NCBI GenBank assembly: GCA_044359385.1
Contig: JBIKMG010000004.1
Span: forward strand, 1-53,441
Origin: Coxiellaceae bacterium
GTDB lineage: Bacteria; Pseudomonadota; Gammaproteobacteria; JAJRRL01
DNA: 53,441 nucleotides
Reading direction: 5' to 3'
Shown here: positions 18,786-27,077 of the stretch, in pieces
How positions within the stretch are numbered: the stretch's first letter is position 1
Layout of the letters: each line of letters opens with the position of its first letter
Translations under genes and position numbers: made by a program
Notes under the pieces: model-generated
Database searches by the model: none
What the model was told of the DNA's origin: nothing
Seen by the model: the letters and a program-made list of their open reading frames with translations, nothing else

Positions 18786-18915
18786 GTTCGCTCCCTGTGG
18801 CTTTGAGTTCTAAAAACAAACTGGGTCGCACATCATAATCGATTGATGGCTAAATTACACTCGCGAAAAGCAGCTATGTGCGCTATATTTGGGTTCTTTT
18901 TTTAACGGATATAGG

Positions 18916-20652
18916 ATGATCAGTCTTAAGTCGCAAGTTGAAGCAGCTGTGCAAGCGGCATTTGCCCAGTCGATCGCTTGTCCGGGCGAGTTTCAGGCAG
19001 TCATTACGCGCGCTACACAGCCCGAGTTTGGTCATTTTCAATGCTCGAGTGCGATGGCATTGGCCAAGGCAGCGAAAAGAAACCCGCGTGAAATGGCACA
19101 GCTTGTTGTTAATGCATTGAAAGATAGTGCGCGAGATGCACTTTTTTCGCGGGTGGAAGTTGCAGGCCCCGGGTTTATTAACTTGTGGGTAGCGGAGTCT
19201 GCTGTTGCGAATATCGCTAACGCGATTAGAAAATCTTCAGATGGACTGGGTGTCAAAAAAACGGAAAATCCTAAACGAATCGTGGTAGATTTTTCTTCGC
19301 CCAATGTCGCAAAAGAAATGCACGTTGGCCACTTGCGCTCCACGATTATCGGAGACAGTCTTGCGCGTGTGCTGAGTTACTTGGGCCATGATGTGTTGCG
19401 CTTGAATCACATCGGTGATTGGGGGACCGCCTTTGGGATGCTGATTGCTTATATGAACGATAAGGCAAGCGATGTTTTGTCCGGTGAAAAAGACGCAGTA
19501 TTAACGGATTTAATGGATTGGTACCGTGCTGCTAAAAAACGTTTTGATGCGGAGCCTGAATTTCAAAATCAAGCGCGTGCCCAGGTCGTTGCTCTGCAAG
19601 GAGGTGATCGATCTGCTAGAAAAGCCTGGCAATTGATTTGTGATATTTCTTATGAGGCTTACCATGAAATTTATAAATTACTGAAGATAGAAATAGAAAC
19701 GCGCGGCGAGTCATTTTATAATGCTTTTTTGCCGGAAATTCTTCAGCTTTTAAAAAACAAAACATTGTTAAAAGAGTCCGATGGTGCGCAATGTGTTTTT
19801 CTTCCTGGATTTAAAAATAAGCAAGGCAATCCATTGCCTATGATTGTGCAAAAAAGTGATGGTGGCTATAATTATACAACGACTGATTTAGCAGCGTTGA
19901 GGCATCGGGTTGAGGTAGAAAAAGCAGATCGGCTCATTTACGTAACAGATGCAGGTCAGAGCCTACATTTTAAGATGTTATTTGAGTGTGCAGAAAAGGC
20001 AGGCTTGTATAATATCAGTCAGCATCAATTGGATCATGTCCCTTTTGGTTTAGTATTAGGTGTGGATGGTAAAAAACTAAAAACACGCAGCGGCGAAGTA
20101 ACGCGACTAATTGATTTATTGAATAAAGCCATAGAGGAAGCCGCGACTATTTTTACAAAACGACATCCTGATTGGTCGCCAGAGCATATCGATCAAGCGG
20201 CTAAAATATTAGGTTTGGGTGCTGTGAAATATGCGGATTTGAGTAACCCACGCCAGAGCGATTATCAATTTAGTTACGAAAAAATGCTTGCGTTTGATGG
20301 AAACACAGCGGCTTTTGTTTTGTATGCCTATGTTCGGACACGCAGTATTTGGCGCAAGCTGGGTGAAGCCGAAATGGGGTTGATTAAAATAACACATCCG
20401 GCCGAGATGGATTTGGCTATTCATTTGTTGAGCTTTTCTGATTGTTTGTACACACTTTCCCGCGAGTTAACGCCGAATCGACTAACGGATTATCTCTATA
20501 AAGCAGCTGGCTTATTTAATGTTTTTTTTCGAGATTGCCGTGTGGAGGGAATGGATGAGCAGCCTCATCGTTTGGCGTTAGTAGATTGGGTTGGTCAGGT
20601 TCTTAAAAAAGGATTGGAGTTGTTGGGCATTGAGAGCTTAGAAAAAATGTAG
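18916..20652 (+). CDS. argS: arginine--tRNA ligase
   Basis: Class I HIGH motif (PNVAKEMHVGHLRST), a KMSKS-like KLKTRSG and an anticodon-binding C-terminus ending in M. I used the ATG at 18916. Confidence 0.95.
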   Translation: MISLKSQVEAAVQAAFAQSIACPGEFQAVITRATQPEFGHFQCSSAMALAKAAKRNPREMAQLVVNALKDSARDALFSRVEVAGPGFINLWVAESAVANIANAIRKSSDGLGVKKTENPKRIVVDFSSPNVAKEMHVGHLRSTIIGDSLARVLSYLGHDVLRLNHIGDWGTAFGMLIAYMNDKASDVLSGEKDAVLTDLMDWYRAAKKRFDAEPEFQNQARAQVVALQGGDRSARKAWQLICDISYEAYHEIYKLLKIEIETRGESFYNAFLPEILQLLKNKTLLKESDGAQCVFLPGFKNKQGNPLPMIVQKSDGGYNYTTTDLAALRHRVEVEKADRLIYVTDAGQSLHFKMLFECAEKAGLYNISQHQLDHVPFGLVLGVDGKKLKTRSGEVTRLIDLLNKAIEEAATIFTKRHPDWSPEHIDQAAKILGLGAVKYADLSNPRQSDYQFSYEKMLAFDGNTAAFVLYAYVRTRSIWRKLGEAEMGLIKITHPAEMDLAIHLLSFSDCLYTLSRELTPNRLTDYLYKAAGLFNVFFRDCRVEGMDEQPHRLALVDWVGQVLKKGLELLGIESLEKM

Positions 20653-20760
20653 GACATAAAAATCAATAAAGTGTAAGCTCAGCAATTATTAGGAAGCTAA
20701 AGGCATGCGTTTTTAGAGTCATGGATGAGCCGTATTTTCATCCTGTCAGGGTGACTAATA

Positions 20761-21555
20761 TCAATTAAAAAGCAGAGAGAGGCCAAGAATGACTAATAAG
20801 GCTCCGAGGCAGAGCTTCGCTTTTCGCTGCGGCAAATACTGCAAAAATTGAGAACCAGCTCGAACTCCAATCGGCATTAGGGGCAAAACACCGAATACAG
20901 CATACCAATTGATGATAGTTAGGGGAGCAGTGATGGATTTGCTATGAGAGAGAGTGCTTATCGCAATCAGCGCGAGTGTGAAAAAAGAGGTGACTAATGA
21001 GAAAATGGCGGAGGTGCTAATGATTCTTTGTAACGGAACTCCTTGATAGCTGAAAACTGGGACCAATAGGCTGCCCCCCCCAATTCCTAAGAAAGAAGCA
21101 GGAATGCCAATACAGAAGCCAGAAAGCGATAATCGGGTTTTACTTAAGTTTTCGCTTCTATTCTTGGGTGCCCAGAAGTCGTAGAGGGTCAGTAGTCCCA
21201 AAAAGACAAGTACAGTACTGGTAATGACCATCACATGAGGGGTGCTTAAGTAGTGAGACAGTTCTGAGCCGATTAAAACGCCTATGAGCGCGCCGGGTAA
21301 AATACAAAAAAGCAGCTCTGTATTAATCGGTGTTTTTCTGAATTGCTCAAAAACAGTAATCAAGGAGTTAATAAAAACAAGTAACAATGAGGTGTTCATC
21401 GCTAAGTGCATAGCGTCAATCTCTGTGTGTTGAGCGGTGTGGGCAAAGATAAACACAAGGATAGGCATTAGAATCACGCCTCCACTAATGCCAAGCATTC
21501 CAGATAAAAAGCTCACTAGAAGACCGGTTGTTATTAAGAGCAGAAAGTACAACAT
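20761..21555 (-). CDS. TSUP (TauE/SafE) family membrane protein
   Basis: Polytopic, with SGMLGISGGVILMP and FLGIGGGSLLVP repeats. I used the ATG at 21555 (MLYFLLLITTG) because the upstream extension is not membrane-like. Confidence 0.75.
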   Translation of the reverse strand: MLYFLLLITTGLLVSFLSGMLGISGGVILMPILVFIFAHTAQHTEIDAMHLAMNTSLLLVFINSLITVFEQFRKTPINTELLFCILPGALIGVLIGSELSHYLSTPHVMVITSTVLVFLGLLTLYDFWAPKNRSENLSKTRLSLSGFCIGIPASFLGIGGGSLLVPVFSYQGVPLQRIISTSAIFSLVTSFFTLALIAISTLSHSKSITAPLTIINWYAVFGVLPLMPIGVRAGSQFLQYLPQRKAKLCLGALLVILGLSLLFN

Positions 21556-21727
21556 GAGTTTCTCCCTTGGAAAACAGAGATTCCCGATAAATCTAAGATC
21601 CGAGGATTCTTTTGCCTCCTTGAAAATGAGTAGGTAAAGGTATCTTACACCGTTAGGGAGCTTAAATATAACGAATAATAACAACGAGAGTCATTTTTAA
21701 ATCTAAGCTTTCCCCTGTTTGATCGGT

Positions 21728-21756
21728 TTGCCAACTGTTACTATGGGTCTTATTGT
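21728..21756 (+). promoter_or_regulatory. candidate sigma70 promoter for the SURF1-cyoE-SCO1 cluster
   Basis: TTGCCA (21728-21733), a 17-nt spacer, then TATTGT (21751-21756), about 40 nt upstream of the ATG at 21796. Confidence 0.3.
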
Positions 21757-21795
21757 AAGGCGAGGTCGCTTGCAGTGACGTAGGTTTTTGGAGGC

Positions 21796-22497
21796 ATGAT
21801 GGTTTGGCGAAAAATAGCGTACTTTATTTTATTCGGATTTGTTTTTTTTGCTCTGCTTGGCTTGGGTTATTGGCAGTACACACGATATCAAGCTAAAAAA
21901 GAATGGTTGGCTGTGATTGAGCGGACAAAAAAACAGCCTGACTTGCTTGCAGCAGACCTCGATGAAAACCGTATCACCCCCTTTCGTCGATTAAGGTTAT
22001 GGGGCAGCTGGAAAAAGAAGCAAAGTTTCCTTATTTCGGGTGATATACGTCACGGTCAGTCTGGTTATTCGGTGATAACCCCGTTAGAATGGGCGCCATC
22101 TAAACCTTGGGTGTTAGTTGATCGTGGTTGGGTGGCCTCGATAGATGGACAGAATCCACCAGCTATTCAAGCGCCATTAATCAAGGGGTGGGTGATCGGG
22201 ACAGTATATAAACCGATTGGTCAGCGTTATACGTTAGGGCCTTGGCGGTTGCCATCAAAAACAGGCGCTAGGGTTATTCAGGATTGGGATTTTTCAAGGA
22301 TAGAGAAGCAGATTGGGCATTCAGTCTTCCCGTTTGTGCTGCGTTTGTCGCCCAAGATTCCGGGGCACTATGAAAGACAGTGGCCTGGGTTGACAGCCGT
22401 GCCACCGTCGCGTCACTTGGCTTATATGATGCAGTGGTGGATATTTGCGTTGGTGTGGTTGGTGGGAGGCGTTCTCGTGGTGTGTAAAAAAAAATAA
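21796..22497 (+). CDS. SURF1 family cytochrome oxidase biogenesis protein
   Basis: 233 aa with N- and C-terminal TM helices. The N-terminal GLGYWQYTRYQAKKEW and C-terminal HLAYMMQWWIFAL segments are typical SURF1/Shy1 signatures. Confidence 0.85.
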   Translation: MMVWRKIAYFILFGFVFFALLGLGYWQYTRYQAKKEWLAVIERTKKQPDLLAADLDENRITPFRRLRLWGSWKKKQSFLISGDIRHGQSGYSVITPLEWAPSKPWVLVDRGWVASIDGQNPPAIQAPLIKGWVIGTVYKPIGQRYTLGPWRLPSKTGARVIQDWDFSRIEKQIGHSVFPFVLRLSPKIPGHYERQWPGLTAVPPSRHLAYMMQWWIFALVWLVGGVLVVCKKK

Positions 22498-22509
22498 GAA
22501 ATAGGTAGG

Positions 22510-23103
22510 ATGATGAAAGGTCGGACTCAGTTAATCGTTATTTTATTTTTGCTAGTCGCAGTAGCCGTTGTTCCTCTATGGTTAGCACATTATGTCTTTA
22601 ACCATACGAGCAAGCTTCATTTTCAGAAAAAAAATCACGGTGAATTTGTGCATTCCACATCGGTTTCAGATTTACAGGTGATGACGTTATCAGGTGCTTC
22701 TATAGAGTCCGAAGAGAGAGGTGTCGCTAGTTTTAAGGACTGGTCGGGTCGTTGGTTATTATTATACGACAGTCAAGGTGCGTGTTGTGATAAACGGTGT
22801 CAATTTGAAATGCATCAACTGCATCAGGTGCGTGTGGCTTCGCATAATGGTATTGAGCGTAGTTCCGTTGTTTTATTGTTGCCTAATCAGTGCGCCACTC
22901 CCAGGTTAGAGCGTTCCGATAAAATAGCGCGTTTGGATTCGGAGCAAGTCTCTGCTTGGAAAAAAAGAATCGTTAGCAAGAAACCACAAGTGCTCATCGT
23001 AGACCCGAATGGTTGGGTCGTTTTGAAGTATTCTAGCAACGTGATCCCGAAGTGGGTTTATGAAGACATGCGGATTTTATTGCATACATCTCAAATTGGT
23101 TAA
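22510..23103 (+). CDS. membrane-anchored thioredoxin-fold protein, divergent SCO1/SenC-like
   Basis: N-terminal TM helix. GRWLLLYDSQGACCDKRCQFEMHQL aligns by eye with GHWSFIFFGFSSCPYVCPTTLAQL of the SCO1 gene two ORFs downstream. The later VLIVDPNGWVV parallels ITVVDPEGSIH, but the Cu-ligand His is missing. Confidence 0.45.
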   Translation: MMKGRTQLIVILFLLVAVAVVPLWLAHYVFNHTSKLHFQKKNHGEFVHSTSVSDLQVMTLSGASIESEERGVASFKDWSGRWLLLYDSQGACCDKRCQFEMHQLHQVRVASHNGIERSSVVLLLPNQCATPRLERSDKIARLDSEQVSAWKKRIVSKKPQVLIVDPNGWVVLKYSSNVIPKWVYEDMRILLHTSQIG

Positions 23104-23114
23104 CAGGAAAAAAG

Positions 23115-24011
23115 ATGACAACAGCGATTAACGTCCGGATAAAAAAAGCAGCGTACTTTCGAAATTATTGGGAGTTGTGTAAGCCTCGCGTTGTTGCTTT
23201 GATGGTGGTGACGGCAATTGTGGGTATGTGCTTAGCTACTTCAGATCCAATCCCATGGTCCATTTTATGGTGGGGAAATCTCGGAATTGCATTCGCAGCA
23301 GGCGGCGCTGCTGCAATTAACCATATTGCAGATCGTTACATCGATTCTAAAATGCGACGAACACAAAATAGGCCGGTTGTGCAAGGCCATGTGAGCGTTT
23401 TGCAGGGTTTAGTTTTCGCAGCAGTGCTGGGTTTTATCGGTGCTGCGATTTTGTTCGTATTTGTGAATGCGTTAACTGCTTGGTTAACACTGGCTTCGCT
23501 CCTGGTTTATGCCGGCATTTATTCGTTTTATTTAAAACACGCAACGGATCAAAACATTGTCATTGGTGGTATTGCGGGCGCCGCTCCTCCGTTATTGGGT
23601 TGGGTAGCGGTAACAGACAGTTGTACGGGGGGCGCATGGGCTTTGATGTTGATTATTTATGCGTGGACGCCACCTCATTTTTGGGCGTTGGCTATCTCTC
23701 GTGTTGAAGAGTATCGCCAGGCTAACGTGCCTATGTTGCCAGTCGTCAAAGGAATTCCTTATACGATTCAGATGATGATTCAATATATGTGGTTGCTTTT
23801 TGCAGTGACGTTGCTTCCTTTTTCGATACATTTATCGGGTCTGTTATATTTGGTTTGTGTTATTCCCCTGAATTTTATTTTTCTAGCGTATATTTATGCG
23901 ATAAAGCGAGGCAAGCGGAAGGACTGGCCTATGCGGACTTTTCGCTACTCTATTTTATATTTGTTATTGCTATTTGTTGTTTTGCTGGTTGATCATTACT
24001 TAGGAGCATAA
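23115..24011 (+). CDS. cyoE: protoheme IX farnesyltransferase (heme O synthase)
   Basis: UbiA-family polytopic protein. NHIADRYIDSKMRRTQNRP and YAWTPPHFWALA are characteristic CyoE/CtaB motifs. Confidence 0.92.
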   Translation: MTTAINVRIKKAAYFRNYWELCKPRVVALMVVTAIVGMCLATSDPIPWSILWWGNLGIAFAAGGAAAINHIADRYIDSKMRRTQNRPVVQGHVSVLQGLVFAAVLGFIGAAILFVFVNALTAWLTLASLLVYAGIYSFYLKHATDQNIVIGGIAGAAPPLLGWVAVTDSCTGGAWALMLIIYAWTPPHFWALAISRVEEYRQANVPMLPVVKGIPYTIQMMIQYMWLLFAVTLLPFSIHLSGLLYLVCVIPLNFIFLAYIYAIKRGKRKDWPMRTFRYSILYLLLLFVVLLVDHYLGA

Positions 24012-24012
24012 A

Positions 24013-24690
24013 ATGAATCTGGAAAATGAAAGAAAAAAGAAAAACAAGCGATTAGCATCTATTTTTGCTTTATGTATGGTGTTGTTAGTCGTGTTTGTTT
24101 TTTGGAAGATCACTTCTCGAGCGGACAGTGGGGGTTACCTAGGGTCCCAGAAAAGCATCAATGGAACGATACTAACCACAAATTTGCCGATGCCTAAAAT
24201 ACAGTTGGAAGGATATGGTGGGAGAGTCTTTTCCAATGCAGATCTTAAAGGGCATTGGAGTTTTATATTTTTTGGTTTTTCAAGCTGTCCATATGTGTGC
24301 CCAACGACGTTGGCGCAATTGAATTTGATGATGAAACAACTTAAATCAGCTGGACTAAAGAATAATTTGCCACAAATTGTCATGGTATCCGTTGATCCAG
24401 ACCGGGACACAGCAACGCGCATGCATGCTTATGTGACGAGCTTTAACGCGACCTTTATTGGGCTGCGTACATCTTTAGATAAAACGCTGCAGTTAGCAAA
24501 GGAGATGAAAGTAAGTTTTGCGAAGGTGCAAGCACCAGGGAATGACACGAGTCAGTACACGATTACGCATACAGCAACGATTACGGTTGTTGACCCAGAA
24601 GGCAGCATACACGCGTATTTATCCTATCCACATAAGGCAGCTGTGATGGCGCGAGATTATGAAGTTATTGTACATTCGGCGAATGAGTAG
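24013..24690 (+). CDS. SCO1/SenC family copper chaperone
   Basis: N-terminal TM helix, CxxxC copper motif (SSCPYVCP), and the conserved downstream His in YTITHTATITVVDPEG. Confidence 0.9.
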   Translation: MNLENERKKKNKRLASIFALCMVLLVVFVFWKITSRADSGGYLGSQKSINGTILTTNLPMPKIQLEGYGGRVFSNADLKGHWSFIFFGFSSCPYVCPTTLAQLNLMMKQLKSAGLKNNLPQIVMVSVDPDRDTATRMHAYVTSFNATFIGLRTSLDKTLQLAKEMKVSFAKVQAPGNDTSQYTITHTATITVVDPEGSIHAYLSYPHKAAVMARDYEVIVHSANE

Positions 24691-25143
24691 ATGAATAGAT
24701 TAGGTTTCGGGTTTCTGATAGTTGGGTCTCTTTTGTTGTTGAGTTGTGACCGTGCCCAGAGGCTTGAAACCGCAGAGGGTCAGTTTCTGAAAGTGTCAGT
24801 AACGGATAACCGTTATATTGCTGTGAACTATTGGGCAGGTTGGTGTACTTCTTGTAAGGAAGAAGTACATTCGATGAATAAACTGTCTCAACAATTAGGA
24901 AGTCAGTTGCTAATTCTAGGAGTTAATTTTGACAGAAAAAAAGGAAGCGCACTTTTGAGCGCTATCCATAAACTCAATATTCGCTACCCAGTCATTGTTT
25001 CAAATATAGGAGCCTGGTGGCATTTGCCAGAGCCGGAGATTTTGCCTACAACGTATTTATTGTCGCCTAATCATCAGGTGCTTAAGGTTTTTTACGGAAA
25101 AAAAACAGCGGACCAATTAAAACACTGGTTAACCCATGTTTAA
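24691..25143 (+). CDS. TlpA/ResA-like thiol:disulfide oxidoreductase lipoprotein
   Basis: Lipobox LLLSC. Thioredoxin motif YWAGWCTSCKEE. 150 aa. Its start abuts the SCO1 stop. Confidence 0.8.
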   Translation: MNRLGFGFLIVGSLLLLSCDRAQRLETAEGQFLKVSVTDNRYIAVNYWAGWCTSCKEEVHSMNKLSQQLGSQLLILGVNFDRKKGSALLSAIHKLNIRYPVIVSNIGAWWHLPEPEILPTTYLLSPNHQVLKVFYGKKTADQLKHWLTHV

Positions 25144-25165
25144 TTGGTCCGCTGAGTTTTCGATT
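25106..25165. terminator. long hairpin, likely bidirectional intrinsic terminator between convergent genes
   Basis: CAGCGGACCAATTAAAACA and TGTTTAATTGGTCCGCTG pair over about 18 bp with one bulged A. The 12-nt loop contains GGTTAACC and is followed by AGTTTTCGATTT. The hairpin overlaps the last codons of the TlpA-like gene. Confidence 0.6.
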
Positions 25166-25168
25166 TAA

Positions 25169-25396
25169 TTAATCGTTGCTATCGCTATCTGCGCTGCTGT
25201 CATCATCTGAAGCTGTGCTATCGCTGTCTGATGCGTCGTCGTTATCCGAGCTGCTGTTGTCGCTAGCTGAAGCATTGCTTGCGTCAGAGGGGGCGGTGTT
25301 TGCAGTTGCAGTTGCTGGGCTTTTGTCAGCAGCGATTGCAAAGCTGCCAAAAGTAATTAGAGAAAGAGCGCTTAGGCTTAAAAGTAGAGTTTTCAC
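25169..25396 (-). CDS. small secreted polyanionic Ser/Asp-rich protein
   Basis: 75 aa. Signal peptide MKTLLLSLSALSLITFGSFAIA, then a tail composed almost entirely of S, D, A, N and T. Confidence 0.55.
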   Translation of the reverse strand: MKTLLLSLSALSLITFGSFAIAADKSPATATANTAPSDASNASASDNSSSDNDDASDSDSTASDDDSSADSDSND

Positions 25397-25571
25397 AGAG
25401 TTGTCTCCTAGTGAGTTAAAAGAAGGTCAGTCAGGAATGTAATGTAGTTTTTCTGCATAGTCAAGCAGCTTGTCAGGTATTTTTGGATAGATAAAAAAAT
25501 AACACCTATTTTGCACTTGTTCATTTTAACAGGGATATTTGTGTTTGCATTCATAGATAGAGCAAACGGTA

Positions 25572-26243
25572 TTAGCTTAGATTTTTCATTCGTGAGAGGC
25601 CCGTTGTTAACAAAGGGTACGAACTTAAACTATCGTTCTCTGTTAAGCGCTTAATTGTTTGGGCGAGCTCTAATGAAGAGTGATTGGTTGTTCTGCCTAA
25701 GGCAGTTGCAGCTAACATGACCGCATTAAATCCTTTGTAAGCAGTATCTGTGGGTTCCTGATGAAAGCGTTCCTGATAGAGCTTGTTAAATCGGGCTCGA
25801 GCAGGGTCTTCTTCACGTGTCGTTTTAGCCGAGACGAAAAAGAAGTGATCGCCGAGTTCGGTTTTTTCAGCATATTCGCCGATGTTGCCAGCAGCAATAA
25901 AAATTTTGTTGGCAGCCAATAACGGTTGAGCCGCAGCTGTTATTTCTTGCTGAGTGCCTAGGCCAATAACGATGGGTGTTGATTTGGATTGGGCGCAGAT
26001 TTTTCCGATAGCCGCATTGAGTTTGGAAACGGATTGCCCATTGTAAAGCACTAAATGAATAGGCGTGCCATTTTGATGGAGGATATGTTTTGCAATACGA
26101 GCACCATGCCAAGCAGCTTCGCAGTCGGAGCCATCCGGCCCACTTAGATTATAAATAAGATCAATTTCTGTGGCATACGAAACACTGTAAAAAGCAAATA
26201 GCAGTAACAGTGAGCTAAGTAGGAAACGCTTAAGTTTCAGCAT
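25572..26243 (-). CDS. exported protein resembling a shortened type-1 periplasmic binding protein (LivJ-like)
   Basis: 223 aa with a signal peptide ending in SVSYA. Segments such as PIVIGLGTQQEITAAAQPLLAANKIF and YKGFNAVMLAATAL resemble Peripla_BP_6-type binding proteins, but the length is about 60 percent of normal and no ABC partner genes are adjacent. Confidence 0.4.
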   Translation of the reverse strand: MLKLKRFLLSSLLLLFAFYSVSYATEIDLIYNLSGPDGSDCEAAWHGARIAKHILHQNGTPIHLVLYNGQSVSKLNAAIGKICAQSKSTPIVIGLGTQQEITAAAQPLLAANKIFIAAGNIGEYAEKTELGDHFFFVSAKTTREEDPARARFNKLYQERFHQEPTDTAYKGFNAVMLAATALGRTTNHSSLELAQTIKRLTENDSLSSYPLLTTGLSRMKNLS

Positions 26244-26502
26244 GGATTCCCTCCCCTATAATAATTGCGTCATTGCAAAGAATAACTATTTTATCACCCA
26301 AGAGAATAAAAAGCTATGCGTTCGAATTTTTCTATAAAATCAAAGTGACAGCCTCTGAGAGACCCAAAATGATGAAGAGAAGCATTTAAGAAGGAAATAA
26401 GCGGTATAAGGTAACAGTAATAATGACGGTAGTTCGGATTTTTTCGGCTTGTTAGCATCATCAATATAGATACGTCGATTGACTGAGAGAATGGAGGTGC
26501 AG

Positions 26503-26790
26503 ATGTTGGGAATTTTACGAAAATTAATACCTGTTGTTTTGGTATTTTATGGGTCGCTGGCAAGAGCAGATAGCGGTTCTCAGATTACAACAATTTTAAC
26601 CAAGCTAGTTGAGTTGTTGCAGTCTAATATTGCACGTTGTTTGGCTGTTATTGCAATTGTTGCTGTGGGTTATGGAACCGTTTATATGGGTAAAATACCG
26701 AAGGAAAGAGCGATGTCTATCGTACTGGGTATTTGCATTGTTTTTGGTGCTAAATATATTTTGCAAACACTGGGATATGGTATTGAATGA
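26503..26790 (+). CDS. virB2: type IV secretion system pilin-like protein VirB2
   Basis: About 95 aa with a long signal-like N-terminus and two hydrophobic helices (CLAVIAIVAVGYG and MSIVLGICIVFGA). First gene of the virB array. The ATG at 26503 is preceded by GGAGGT. Confidence 0.7.
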   Translation: MLGILRKLIPVVLVFYGSLARADSGSQITTILTKLVELLQSNIARCLAVIAIVAVGYGTVYMGKIPKERAMSIVLGICIVFGAKYILQTLGYGIE

Positions 26791-27077
26791 GTGCCTTGTA
26801 TCCAGAAAAAGCCACATTATTTTTAGCCTTAACTCGGCCAGCAATGATTCTTGGGGTCTCGATTGAGTATTTGTTTTTTTCTTTGTCCGCTACATTGGCA
26901 TTGATTATTCTAACGAATCGATTAGGTTTCTTTCTGGTGGGTTTTATTTTTTATGTGTTAGGGCGCGTTGTCTTTTATTGGGATTGTCACTTAATCACGA
27001 TAATTATCAGAAGTCTATCTCAACAAGGCAAACAGTTAACTAAAATTTTAGGGCAGGCATATTATGAGGTGGGTTAA
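26787..27077 (+). CDS. virB3: type IV secretion system protein VirB3
   Basis: 96 aa. LFLALTRPAMILGV plus two TM helices matches the VirB3 pattern. ATGA overlap with virB2, and it overlaps the virB4 start. Confidence 0.75.
   Translation: MSALYPEKATLFLALTRPAMILGVSIEYLFFSLSATLALIILTNRLGFFLVGFIFYVLGRVVFYWDCHLITIIIRSLSQQGKQLTKILGQAYYEVG

Noticed and set aside
18786-18915. Looked for a SAM or SAH riboswitch in the leader of the metK-ahcY operon.
   Set aside because: The region is only about 100-130 nt and is shared with the divergent argS promoter. I could not recognise the conserved cores of the SAM-II/SAM-V or SAH elements by eye. A covariance-model scan (Rfam/Infernal) would be needed to settle it.
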